A stretch of 62,965 nucleotides of DNA, counting the filler, from Choristocarpus tenellus KU-1152 (lineage: Eukaryota; Protista; Phaeophyceae), in NCBI GenBank assembly GCA_964200185.2. It is 12 parts of 12 records of this genome, joined end to end, with 100 filler letters (N's around TTAATTAATTAA, not from the genome) between each part and the next. Parts side by side here need not be neighbours in the genome. Positions count along the whole stretch, not along the records: positions 48,550 to 52,593 come from CAXNAD020016507.1; positions 52,694 to 62,965 come from CAXNAD020003025.1; 10 more parts are not named here. One strand, 5' to 3'. The position numbers were made by a program, and so were the translations under genes. Positions 48,550 to 61,794 of this stretch are shown here, one piece after another (the stretch's first letter is position 1; the number at the start of each line of letters is the position of its first letter). Under the pieces are notes generated by a model. It saw nothing but the letters and a program-made list of their open reading frames with translations, was not told the DNA's origin and did no database searches.

Positions 48550-51500
48550 CCCCCATCACAGCCCCGCCCGCTGTGGACCTGGTGGAGGTTGACCCGGTTG
48601 AGTACATCCTGGTATTTACCATCCCAGGTGGTGAGGTAAGCGCGTAGAGACGAATACTTCTCGATAATCTAGTAGTGAAGACGGCGGAGGACGTCGTTGA
48701 GGAGAGGAGGGGACGATGGTGACGTAAAATATGGGAGAGTGTAATGGAAGTACGATAGCATGTCAATCGGGCAGAGCAAACGATATGGTTGACGTGGTGA
48801 ATGTGTTTAATGGAAGCGGCTTGCAGGGTGAAATAGTTTGAAACAAGTCAATGTCGAGGACACCAATCATATACATTTTTTTTCAGTGATGCGTATTGGA
48901 GGCAGAAGAGCCAAAGTATCTTAGAAAATAGAGCCTCGTCTAATTGGGGGTCAAAAGACAATGTTGTGATTTTGATGTAATTTTTGGCTGTTGTGTATGT
49001 TAGGGAGTGTCAATATTCTTGTTCTATACACACCTTTTCATATAATAAATATTTCACCTACTCTAAAATATTTCGGAATAGGAAAATGTCATAAGAAAAC
49101 CCACGGGAAGCCAATCCCCACAAATGGACAAACAGGGAAAAATTCCTACCCTCTAAGATAGTTTCACTCAGAAACGAGGTGGAGATTGACCAAGATCGTT
49201 GTCTACAGTGGAAGAAAACGATTTGTTATTCCCGCTATTAGCAACGAAAGCCTAGAAGTGACAAAACAGCAAAGTTTGTAGTATGGAAGGCAACCTTGTC
49301 GCCATAGAATCACGAAGAAGATCCACAACCAATCCTACCAAGCATCAACTATTTTTTCTGTACAAGCCATTTCAGCTGTAATTACGAACACGGGAGGCAC
49401 ACTCACGGCTCTGATCCGTTGCAGAGGTTTCATTTCGACAATAGTGGAGATGTTTGCCCTGAGTTGGCGGACGGGCCCCGCCTGTTGGTCGCCAGATGAA
49501 ACCTTCAGCAGAAGTTGGGCCACCTCCGCCTTCCTATCCTCATAGTGGCGCTTGACCCAGAGCTCGTCCATACCGCACTTCTCGTATGTGAGCCTGTCCA
49601 TTTCCCTGGTAGCCCGTACATCATTCACGTAACGTCTGGAATTCAGGGCGATTTTGCAATAATCAATAAGTGCGGTGCAGAAAAAGACACTGATGGTGTA
49701 TTTTACAATTCAGGGGCGCATGGCGACGTATGGGTGCGCAGGAGATACGGAAAAGGAAAAAATAAAATACTCAATACCAACTGCACAATTTACCAACCTT
49801 TGGAGCTCTGATGTTCACTATTCCTTGGGCACAATCTGCCTGGTGCGCGAGATAAGCATCTCAGACATGTGCACGTCCGATTCGATCTCCTTGTGGTCCT
49901 TCGTCGTAGGAGGCTTCCCGTAGAACGACTTGTATTTGCTAAAATAGAATTGCCACGAAGGGCGTCAAGGAGAACGATGCGCAGGTTATGAAGAGGAAAG
50001 GGTCGCCACTGCAGCAAATATTCATCACTCGATTGTATTACTTCCTAAAAGACAAGAGCGCACATACACAGGCAACACGCACTGTAGAATTATCAGAATA
50101 CTACGAAGGGATGTTCGTTCGACCCAACAATGGCCGACTAAATTCGTCATCGTAGGAGACACTTATTTCACGCTTGTGTGGCATGTTCTGCGACCTTCAT
50201 AAACTGTGCATACTGCTGCCTACACGATAAAACACGATGGCGTTTTGACTTGCCTAGCAAGCAGTTGGATGCATAGCCTCTGCTTGAGAGAAGTGAAGCC
50301 GGCAAACTCCTCGGTCGTCAGATAGTTTAGTGTGATTGCATTGCGATCAATCGTTGGCGACGAGGACTGACATACTTCCTTCAGTACCTCGAAGGACTCT
50401 GGTTGAAGGGTGTTTACACCTTTCTGCCATTTTCGTAGAGTTGACTTCGACGGGGCAGTAACGCCCACCTTCACGATGGGCAGAAAACGGAAAACATTAT
50501 GCACACAGCCAGCGAGGATGAGTTATCGTTATTACCACACCAACTTTGTATATATGTGTGTGTGTGTGGGGGGGGGGTTACAGGCAACACCGTCGATAAA
50601 ACAATCAAGAAATAATTTTTATTGCACGTCTGTGGTTAACCACACATACATACTACATGATATTACCCGAAGATCAATAAGTTGGTTGACAGGGTATCTA
50701 AACGCGGGATAACTATCTCAACTTAGGTTGAATAGTTCGACACAGGGATATCTCGCAACAGCTGTAACCCAACTAGAAGAGGAGTAGAGCGCGACCATCC
50801 CACCAATGTCGACAACTCTCTCACCTTATTGTACATTTTGTGGATATCTCCTAGTGACACTTCTTTCTTTTTCCTCTGTCGCTTGATAGCTTCTTGGAGC
50901 TTGTGCTGAAAATATATCTTATCGAATAACGTGCGCTCAACCACACTCTCTGTCGCGTCATTAAATACTATAAGCATAGCGGTGCAGTGGACGAACGGGA
51001 CAAGGGTTAGGTGGGGAGCGATTGCGGGATACACGCAGCCTGCGGCACTGAGAAACACGTTGCTGTGGACAGGAATACCACGAGGGATAAAAAGATGAGC
51101 AATGCAAAGATTCACAATGGACTGGCTGACAATGAACATAGCAAGGGAAACTCGACAACAACTTTGTATATCAGAATAATCATCAGGCGATCACGGAACA
51201 ACGAAAACACTACATTACTTCGGTGCCTGGTTGATCAGAACGGTCAGGCGATTATGGAACAACGAAAACAGTCCATCACCCACTGTTGGCAATTAGCCTC
51301 TCTTCCGAATGCTCGAACTCCATGTAGATCCGCATGGTGAAAGCGTGCTCTGGATCATGCACTCTCTTCAGCACCGTTACTCTATGCTTTCCGTCCAATA
51401 CACGCCCTTCAATGGCAAGCGCAGTTTCGGCGTTTAGCTCATCCATATTACCTAAACTTTCTCGCTGGATGACAACAATTGGAGCAAACTGATCCAGCCA

Positions 51501-51722
51501 GCCTTTCTCCTTTATAGACTTATAAACGCGCGCAAGGCCACACTCACTTAGAGGACGCACCACATCTGTGCATGTGACGTGTCCTAGTTTCATCTTGTAT
51601 GACCCCAGATAATGTTTATCCAGTAGCTGGGACATGCCAGTAGGGGGTAGGTCCTGCGTTCTGCATTCCAAACTTTTCCCATCGGCGGGCGGGTGGGTTG
51701 TTGTTCTTGGAATGTTCGACAT
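48550..51722 (-). pseudogene. Spliced ParB/Sulfiredoxin-domain + HTH gene, disabled; possible DNA amino-methyltransferase beyond the contig edge
   Basis: Phase-consistent exons 51722-51284, 50967-50825, 50468-50254 (GC donor), 49938-49798 (in-frame TAG TGA at 49820-49815), 49635-49503, 49251-48875 (MITE-interrupted) and 48668-48550. ParB motifs VRPLSECGLARVYKSIKEKGW...APIVV...VLDGKHRVTVLK; HTH-like SLGDIHKMYNKVGVTAPSKSTLRKW. Confidence 0.75.
48908..49169. mobile_element. MITE family B copy (TSD AGAA) inserted in an exon of the ParB gene
   Basis: AGAA|GAGCCAAAGTATCTTAG...CTAAGATAGTTTCACTC|AGAA. Confidence 0.9.
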
Positions 51723-52398
51723 GGTAAAGATTGGGTTAGTGTGATGGGGATGGGTAAGTAATAGGTCTGCTTGGTATCTATGGAAGGGAATGCATTGAAA
51801 GGAGGACTGAGGGATGGGAGGTGCTGTTTTTGTGGTCTGACCTTTCGATCATCAAAACTCAGAGTGCTCATTTTTTATGAGAATTGCGTTACAAAAATAC
51901 GAATATCAAACAGCATAGGATTTCATATTGAACTGGGACAGAGGGTGTCCGTATTTTCGTGACCTTTTCGGCCTATCACGTTTTGAACGTATGAGATCAA
52001 TGAAGGATGTGGTTTGTATCTGTATTTGTTGGTGTAAAGATTAGAATATCATTCTAATTTTGGAAAAACCCTACCACGCGTGTTCTGAGTGTTCAACGGT
52101 ATTCCTAGTTACCAGTAACCAGGAATACGATAGATCCGTGTTTTTATGTTATCTAGTGTTTATTTAAACCCTAAAGACGCCAAGAAGTGGACTTAAGGTT
52201 TATTTAAATAGTGGATACCAGTTGGAATGACTTCTTAGGTTTTCTGAAATTGGAAACGTGTGAGACCCCTAAAGTGCGTTCTTGGTATTAAAAAAAACCC
52301 TAAGCACGGTTTTCAGTGGATTTAGTATTAAAAAAAACCCTAACGCACGTGTAAAATAACTCTTAGAGAAATAGTGGTTTGTGGTGTACAACCTTTCT

Positions 52399-52549
52399 GG
52401 CCCAAAGTATCTGGGAGGGGGTGACGGCTGTCCATTTGGGGCCAATTTTTTCATGTCGTGATTTTGGGGTGATTTGGTTGCATATGTCCGATGGATAATG
52501 TAAATACAATTTTCTTGATTTTTAACCCAAATGGACACCCTGGTGTAGA

Positions 52550-52579
<30 letters not shown>
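52399..52579. mobile_element. MITE family A copy running into poly-C at contig end
   Basis: GGCCCAAAGTATCTGGGAGGGGGTGACGGCTGTCCATTTGGGG...GTGTAGACCCC(n). Further end fragments at about 17379, 30462, 37952, 41142, 52694 and 62934. Confidence 0.85.
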
Positions 52580-52580
<1 letters not shown>

Positions 52581-52765
52581 GCTTGTTTTTTTCNNNNNNN
52601 NNNNNNNNNNNNNNNNNNNNNNNNNNNNNNNNNNNNNTTAATTAATTAANNNNNNNNNNNNNNNNNNNNNNNNNNNNNNNNNNNNNNNNNNNNCCAAATG
52701 GACAGTCGCCACCCCCTCCCAGATACTTTGAGTCATAACCAACCGTTTACTGCAATGGTAAGCAG

Positions 52766-53358
52766 ATCCGACAGCTCAAGGAAGACAAGGCCCAGTTGGA
52801 GCACCAAGTGACCGATCTTACAATCAAATGCGAGCAGATCAAACCTCGTGAGGCAGAAAGGTAAGTACATAAAACTGCCTCGAGAGTGCTATCTATTTCA
52901 CCATCCTTGATACCAGCGCACTGTCCCTCTTCCTCCTCTTCATCTTCCCCAAGCAATAAACTGTTGCTGATACTAGTCTTTTAACCATGTCTAACATTGC
53001 AACTGAATAGATTTGTTGGCAAATATATAAATATACTGCTTGCTACCCATTGTCATAATGCCCCTTGCTGTTGCCTTGAATTCCATGAAGGTTACACTCC
53101 TTCAGCTCCCCTGCGCCTATAAAAGGCAGTCTCTACTTTCCACTTGTCAGATATTTAAAAAAAGATTACCAATTATGAGAAGTCACACACGCAATCGCAC
53201 AATCACCACCTGTCATGCATAATAAAGAGCCTTGGTTTCTTTCCAACAGGCGAGAGGTAGACAGGAAGAAGCACACCGAGGAGGTAGACCAGCTCAAGCG
53301 CACTAATGAGCAGCTCAAGACAACGCTAGAGCAGATGCTATCTGCACCGAAAAAGTGA
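52766..53358 (+). CDS. DNALI1: Axonemal inner-arm dynein light chain p28 (DNALI1/IDA4 family), last two exons (52766-52860, 53250-53358)
   Basis: Spliced translation IRQLKEDKAQLEHQVTDLTIKCEQIKPREAERREVDRKKHTEEVDQLKRTNEQLKTTLEQMLSAPKK* matches the p28 C-terminus pattern (I..L..EK..LE.QV.....KCE...RE.ERR....KKH.EE...LKRTN.QLK..LE....PKK). Confidence 0.92.
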
Positions 53359-54852
53359 TCAGCCCCCTTACTATCTACCGTATCTATCTGCCTTAACTAC
53401 TTGGTTGCCTATAGATGAAGACCAGAAAGGGCAATAGAAGCAGAGGACAACTTCTTACTCCAGAGGATATGTTCTATAATCCAAGTATACTAAGTAGACA
53501 GTAAGAAGTGTGACCTATCCATCTTGGTGAGAGGTAGCAACACAACAAAGTCATGCCATGGTGTGCACGCTGATTAGTGTCGATCCATGGTCCTTCCTTC
53601 CCCACAACAAAACGATACAAGTCACTCATCTGGATGAGGTAATCAATAATTAGTTGATACTCCAAAGTGATGGCAACAACTTTATATTATATCAAGTACT
53701 CTGTACTTCCATTTGGTACCCCCTACTGTGAGCATACTGTACTTATCAAGCACTTGCAGTACCTAATACACACAAACCCTTTGCGCCAGCGTGAAAGGAT
53801 GTCTGCCCTGTTACACTTTTCATCATTTCCCATGTAAGGACCATACAATGAAACGTTATCTTTACGTTCACCTTTCGAAAAACACACTGGTCTACTTTTC
53901 AAAGTATAGAAATCATGCCACGGTTCTTGGAGGAAGAAGGTGTGAGTTGAAATCGTGCATATTGGAAATGTAAGGCCCAAAATCAAAACTGTACAGACAG
54001 TACTGATCTGATTCTACAGCACCTCAATAAAATAAATAATTGAAACAAATAAAAAACAGCACACATCCACACATCTTTTGCAATACACACAACGGCATAA
54101 CAACGGAGAAAAAAAGTCGCACACAAATTCAGGGTAGGACAAGAGAGTGTTGACATTTGTACAAGGCTGCCAATATTGGGAATCAGAAATCATTTACATG
54201 TATATAGACCTCTAGAGGTTTTCAAGCGCCAACATGGAGCAATCACAAATCACTATGATGTAGAGCAATGTAATATTGATAATAACACGAGGGGGGTACA
54301 GCATGTTGCTGGGCAAATAGATCCTAATGACTGAACGCAATTTACACTTCACAAGGTCATGTCGTTCGTGTACATCATGCTCTCTATCCTCCCTCCCCTA
54401 GGCTCCTCAAACTCAGCATGAATATCAACTCACGAGCAACTCCCCTCTTCCCAAAGAAGGGTATCAATGCACTTATTGCTCTTGGCAACACCACTATAAT
54501 GTAGAATACATAGAATTAGTAAAAAGTGTTACATCACTTCCTTCAGACCCCCTTTAATTTTCTCTTTACTCCCCCAATGAGCACAAAAAGTACCTTTGTG
54601 ATTGTCAAGAGTAGTCTCGTACACACAAACACATATATATATACGCCTACAGACAGTCAGTGTCCAAGACTCTTTATTCACAGAATTGCATCATCAGGGT
54701 CGCACAAAGCCACGCCATGAAATCGTAAGTGGGGGATAGGGAAGCAGGGGCGGAGAGGCACAAGAAGACAATGACAGGGTCATGCAGAGAAATCCCACCT
54801 ACACCAACACAAACAAGTTGGCATACCAACCAGCATGCACCCCCATCCCACA

Positions 54853-55435
54853 CTACACGAATGAACCGTGACCATATCGTCCCGATTGCACTATCTCTGT
54901 TACCATGTCCCGTTTCTCGATGCACATAGCTGAGCTCAGTTCCAATGCCCGCATTATCTGCCGCAATTGGGATACAGACATAGCCGTTAGAGACTCTCTG
55001 TGCATTGAATCTCTTAACGAATTCGCCGACACTCCTGCAGACCCTGTTGCTGCCCCTGGCAACCCAGCATTTCCCAACTGCTCAGTTGGACTTAGGGTTG
55101 GCACTCCTTCCTCCGCTTGGACGGATGATATCACATTAATCAGCCCAGAGGTAGTCACTCTCTCCAGCAAGTCCGCTTTTTCCAGGCAACCATCAACACC
55201 CACTCCCAAGGAACGCATAAGATCTCGAAGTTCTCGAAGCGACATTGCTGCCAGTGAATCAGAAGAGACCTCCTGCACCTCTGCATCTGTCATCAAATCC
55301 ACCTGCCGTGTCAACAAGGATGGTGTATGGGTTTTACAGGGTTGCTGCGGGGGGGGATTGGAGTGCACATTACATTTGAGTAACCAGATCCCTCAACACA
55401 CCTACACACCAGTATACTTGAAATGTAGAAATGGG

Positions 55436-55477
<42 letters not shown>

Positions 55478-58400
55478 TATGTGCAAATAATAACACTGCC
55501 CGATATTTCTCTTGTTCCTGCAGACCCTTGTTATCTGTCACACATATGGTGTCTTGCCAGTAAAGACCACATTTCGCTCTCCCACGCACTCATCACACAC
55601 ATAACACTTGACTGGGGCATAAAACTATTCAACTTTCTGTCTTGTACTGACATGACATGACACAACACAACACAACACAAGAGAGTTGAAATGTCATTAC
55701 TACATGGAAGTTGACACACACTCGAGCAAGGAATAAGTCACTCCCAACGCTACAGCAATCCCCACCCTCAATTACAGGACTGTTGTGTTGGAATCAGTCC
55801 AATGGATAGGTGCAGTATATCTCACCGCCCCTGCGTCAATGATGCGTTGAACAATATCCCTTTTCTCTAGACAGCCAGTGATGTTGACACTGCAACTCCT
55901 TGCAACATTCCGAATCTGAGAAGGGGAGAGGGGTAACAGGCACAGTCACACAAGTATCCTGGTCACAAACATATTGCACCAACACGCCCTTTGCACATAT
56001 GATACGACGGACCAATACATAAAAACCTCCACAATACCACATGCCGTATCATGCATTGTAGACAGAAAACGACACCTTGGTAAGCTTTTCTGACACGGCC
56101 TTTGCTACAATACGATCCAGAGTAGAGTAAAATTATAATTACGCTAGCACAGAAACCACACATCTCCTCGGAAAATGAGAGACGCTCAGAAGATTCGGGT
56201 CTAGTATCTCTTACTAACATGATTTCACTATCCCACTGTATCTTACAGTCCTATCTAGAAAATAGGGGCTAGGGTTGCCATGGACACTTTTGGTAGAAGT
56301 GAGGTACAACAACATGTAGGGGGTTTTTTTCCCGTGTATTAATATCCATCCTACTGGTGCTTGCGTTCTGAGTCAAGAACAGTTACGATTCGATTAAATG
56401 TAGCTATTCATCAAAAATATAAATTTAATTTAAAATTATTTTTTGAGCAGCTACTCTTTTCATGAATGGGTGCTTGCACGCCCTTCTCACAGACCTTGGG
56501 ACTTGGCATACCTCAATTCATTGCTGCGCTGACAATTCAATTTGAAACCTTTTGAGCCAATTTCATTTACGCTCATAGGTGCTATCGATTCACTAACCTT
56601 TACCCACCCTTGCTCAATAAGTTTGAAGCTACTCCTACCCTGCCCTAGCTGCTTTATATCATCATCAAAGGTATCACATCCTGTATAGATATCGTAGAAC
56701 AGGCCAAACATAAATCTCATCTAAAGCTTCACAAAAACATATTCACAGATACCGTGTAGAGTATGGTAAGCCCAGTATATATATATATACCAAGAGGAGG
56801 ATCTAACATCGTTTCAAGGGGCACAGAACACAAAGGTTCTCTAAAGTACTCAGCAGAAGGCAACCCTAACCCTGAACCTGACCCTGACTCTGACCCTAGC
56901 CTGTTGCTCACTCATAACAGTGGCAAAAGGTGATCTTGTGTAAATGAACACTCAGATGAAGGGGAGGGTCCGGTTCAATAGGGGAAAGGAATAATAAACA
57001 GAATGAGCAATACAGATAACATATGAAATCCCTTACAATAGAGTGGTGCCAGGTATCACTGGGCAAACCATAGACTTAATTACAACCTTAGCCCTGGTCC
57101 ACAGTAAAAAAGCCATACCAATAAGTATAAAAATGTTTAATTCAATGTCTGCAAATCTGACTGTGTGCAATTGCAAAAATTGTCATACAACAGCCAGTAT
57201 GCCATTAATACCTACTACCAACTATACTGGAGGATTTTCCACCCACTGTGAATCTTTCGGTGCCGTCTCATCATCATCAGGTGTCACCAAAGACCAGCTC
57301 TCTCTTTGGGGTCAATCTTCAACGCTTTTCATAGGAACTTAACTTCCCATACTTGAGATATTTATTCTCCATCCTGACAATGCAAAATCTGTTTGAGTCT
57401 GATCAACTTGGTCATCATGGTGTTCTTAACTCAACTAGTAGAACTCCAACCCACGCTGGTTACCCTCCCCAGCAATATTCAGTTACTCCTTTCAAGCATT
57501 ACTATCATATGTCGACATCATCTGTTGCTATGCTGTGTCATCCATGCTGCAGGTAATACTTGAATTAGCACCTGCCACCACCTTCTGTCACTTGATTAAG
57601 AATGTCACGCTTTTAAAGCTTTAAGCAAGTTAGTACACTAATAATACAACACAATCAGTAACACAAAACCACCTACTACCTATTGTAATACAGCAACCAT
57701 CATATCACGCCAGCAAGCCTCCAACCAAGAGACAACACTCCCAAGAGCACATCACCCCTCCCTACACATCAACATCTAACAGTCTTTATTCAAATAGCAC
57801 TAACCCATCACTTCCCACCTCCATCTAACAAACCTCTCTTCCCCCCCCCCCCCCCCCAACCTCCACTCACATACAAAAACTACACACATACATGGCATAC
57901 ACCACATCTTCTGCGCTGTACTATATGGAAACCACACCAAAAAGATGCAATACATGGACACAAACAAAAAACAAAAAAATCACCCCGGAACATTTGAAGT
58001 CCTTGCTCTGGTCGCCACATCACCTGAGGAATACTCAGCTGCTCCAGTTCCCTCAGACGATATCGCGGCCTCCTACCTCGCATACGTACCCTCCTCTCTG
58101 CCTCATATTTGCGGTCATCTGTCTCCAGCTCAAAGCGGCACACTGGGCACGTGCAGTGTAGTTCTAGCCATTCCCATACACATTCTGAAGGGTCGCAACA
58201 CAACAAGGTCATTAAGAGGGGGGAGATGGGGAAGGGAGGCAGTTGATGGGCGACGACAGATGCAACCACTCTGCTCGTGAAGTCAATGACAGCATCTATA
58301 TGTAGGCATGGTGCAAAACAGAGCAACTTCATTACAAGAAATTGAGCTGTGAGTAATGTTAGTGATTGGATAAGAATTCTATGTTTTAAACAAACAAAAA

Positions 58401-61073
58401 AATGTGTGCATGGTGTCTATTTACTAGTGTAGAGAGTAAATATTTTTTGAGATTGCGAAGCACTACATAATTAGAAATCAATCCATTCTGAACATAGATT
58501 ACATCATCATACTATGCAATAACCTTGTTTGTCCGATTTCATTATGTCACAGATTGAAAGTCTCCAAATCTCTTATCTGAGCTGCACTTGGAAGGATTGC
58601 AGCATTACTTCTTCATAGTCATGCCTCAATCAAGAATCCAAACTGATAAACTGTGCCTAACAAAGATTCTGAATAGTCAATGGGGGTAAATCTATTTTCT
58701 TGTCACAAACTCTCAGCAGCCTAGAGGGGCTCTACAAACACATTAGGTCTCTTCATTTCCTGACCAATATGAATATTTTTTGGGCTCTAATGATGGAAGT
58801 CTTCCGAGGACTAAGCTCCACAGAGGCAATTACACATATGTCACAGAATTAAACTATTTCACACTACACACCACATGTGTGTTTTGATTTTTGTCGACCA
58901 TACTGACCGGACTCTTGCTTCAGCTGACAATGCTGCATTTGCATCCTCACCTAGATTCAGTTTCAGGTCTATCAAAAGCGGCACGCTCCCCTTCATTGTG
59001 AATATTGCGATAACATAGTAGTGGTGTTCTTCAATTCACGCGAAACAGTTACTATTTTCACACCACTGTTCAATACTAACCTTGATTTAAAGACTGGTAT
59101 ATCATCAATTCCATAAAGTCCAGCAACAATCAACTTAAGAAACAACAGAACACTTTCATCTCCCTGACTCACTAGCTGTTACAAACTTTGAGAAAAGCTT
59201 GAGGGCATACACACCTCGATGAAATATATGCGCACAAGGAAGCTTCACAGCTTTGTCTCCCAAATTAAAATCGTCAAGGCAGATGCTGCAGGCATGGTTC
59301 GTCTCCTCGGCAAGGTCGTGGGCCACCACCTGAACAGAGATAGAATTAACTTAGTGGGGTTAGCTGAAGCAGTGAGAACTGCACAGGGGTGGGACGTGGT
59401 GTGGCAGAGATGGGTATTTGGTTTCAAGAGGAAATACTGAGTGCGAAATTCAGGGTAAGACAAATGATTGAAACATGACCGTAAATTTTTCTAGCATTGG
59501 CCACTGATTATTGAGGATCCTTCATTACCTCTCCTTCACTAAAGGGAGACAAACAGTAGATTGCCCAGGTGAGGTTTTCTGCCTCCCAACCACAGCAACA
59601 AAATATTGAACCCTCACCTGAATGTCTGGTATGTTCTTGAGGGCAAGGTTGCTCGCGGGTGGTGGGCCACGCTCCTGTAGCTCCCTCCGTTGTTGCCTGT
59701 TACCAGACCATTCCAAGTTGTGGATTGGTAGGGGAGGAAGGGATGGATGCAACTCTTATCAGAAATAGAGGCATACAAGGACAGTCAAATCACCATGAGA
59801 GAACTATCGCGATGAGCCCCATTAACATAACTCAAACACTCAATACCCTCGTCAATGTTACACCAAGAAGCAGTAGCAGAGTACATGGGCAATTCAATTA
59901 GGGGGCAATATGGAGCAGAAAACACGCATCTGATAGGTGCAATGCTGTGCCACAAAAAAACAGTGTGAGCCTATCAAAGGATACATAATGAGTGCTCAGA
60001 AAAAGTTGAGAAGCGGAATAGACAGTGTAAATGATGGGCATCATTCAACCCCCAACTAAAGCAAGCTTTCAAAGAATGCGCTTACCCACCCTCTTCCCCC
60101 CCCACACACACACCTGTGCTGCTGTTCCAAAATATCAGCAGGGGAAGGGTGCTGTCTTGGTGTCTGGGCCTGCGATGCCTCCTGGAAAGCATTGAACAGC
60201 TGCCTCGGGTACATTGATAAACAAGCAACCGCAGGGTGTGCAGGGTGAGGGGGAGCACCAAGGTGCGAAGCATGTCATGTGGGAAGTAAAGTGATAAGGG
60301 GTGTTACACACGCGTATGTGTGGACATTACCACAAACACTACTCTGCCTTCGCAAGCAATGGGAGTGTCCAAAGAGCGGTACAGTTTGTGAAGAGTCTTC
60401 AGAGTCAGCCCTCCACGAATGTAACCTCGGCGCATAAAATTGGGTAATGCATGCGGGGTGCTCGGAGTGGGCGCAGGGGATTCAAAAACTAGTTTGGCAA
60501 TGAGGATGCGGATATCACTATTAAAGGGTTGAACGAAAGCAAGCAAGCATCCCGCCTCGATCCCAACAACAAGAGCTTGAAATTTAATATTCAAGGTAGA
60601 AGAACGAATATTTTATATTCTGATTGGATTTTAATCAATATCTGACGGGGTTCCCTTACCCCTGAAGCCCATCCACCTCTGGAGTTGTTCCCTGGTTGAT
60701 GAGAAGGTGGAGCTTGATGGTGCCTGCAGCATTCCAATTGTGAGCAACGAGAAAACACCGGGTTATATTTGTACCACGCAGAAACGTGATGACATGATGG
60801 CGAAAGGGGCAGCTACATCAGTCCATCCTCATATGACGAAGGTAACACCTCACTACTGATGCCCATGTAGTCAGACCTTCCTCGAACAAACTACGAGTAA
60901 GATCTCAATTACAACGCTTCCCCATGAAATCCATCGCTTAGAGATGCAAGGCCTTGTTTTTATCCGGCAGGCAACTGAACTAAGCGATTTGTGATTCAGG
61001 GAAAGGTTGGAGAGTCGTTCATGGGGAAAAGAACTTGATGTTGAAGGGTTGCTTACCCTGTGCGGAAAGCCAT
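54853..61073 (-). CDS. RING-H2 E3 ubiquitin ligase (RNF126/RNF181-like RING) with three C-terminal SAP-like 'CxEK.D' repeats, about 353 aa
   Basis: Phase-consistent exons 61073-61057, 60723-60660, 60199-60114, 59696-59618, 59329-59215, 58184-58024, 55915-55826, 55302-54853. Spliced: GPPPASNLALKNIPDIQ|VVAHDL...CSICLDDF...[33 protein letters not shown]. Repeats end in CLEKRDIV, CLEKADLL and CIEKRDMV. The first two exons are less certain. Confidence 0.9.
55441..55473. repeat. (AG)n microsatellite, intronic
   Basis: Direct reading. Confidence 0.9.
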
Positions 61074-61794
61074 TTCCTGCTAGCTGGCACTTTTAGGATC
61101 CCTCGGAGGATTTTAAGGCATAGAGATGGAGGGTGACACGTGATATTTGTTGAAGCGTCCCTCACAAGAAGTGACAGTCCCTTGTTCTAGATCAACAGAT
61201 AATAATTTGATATGATTAGGGATGTCTGCCTTTTCGTATGATCAACAATATGATTTGAGTGAGATTTGATATTCAATCCAACATACAAAGTCTGCAAATA
61301 AAATAATAAATGTAGTCACTTTTCAATGTTGCAAGACTTCAAAGGATTCTCACAACTTTACGTACTAGGGTATTAGCAATGGCACAGCAGTTAGTAGTGT
61401 GTTAGTCGTACTACTTCCACATTTTAATATTTCATATATTTAAGTTATTATGAAGATTGTGACAATCATGGCCTTTTTCTAAAACTTAAAACTTTCTCTA
61501 ACCCTCCCTCTTTTGTTCTAATATTTTTCTTAACGTTCTTGATTTTCTGAAAAAATAAGGTGCTTCAAACCAAGCTACAACCTTCTTTCTTATGGTTCGT
61601 GTCCAAGTCAGAATGGGTCATTTACATTTTCCCTTTTTCCCAATTCAAAGACGTTATTATGAAATGTGTGTGTATTTTATTGCTATAGCCTCTGATATTT
61701 TGCGCATGTGTTAGGGGAAAAACCGATGAAAAGCCAATTCAATATCAAAACAACCCCTGAAAAAGTAACAGTTGTCGTAAATGTGAAAGGTATA

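Noticed and set aside
44682-52593. KDZ-like relic and ParB gene as one physical element
   Set aside because: They are separated by a linker at 48450-48549, so there is no evidence of linkage.
54905-55660. 251-aa plus-strand ORF
   Set aside because: Antisense to the RING gene's last exon and runs through an (AG)n intron.
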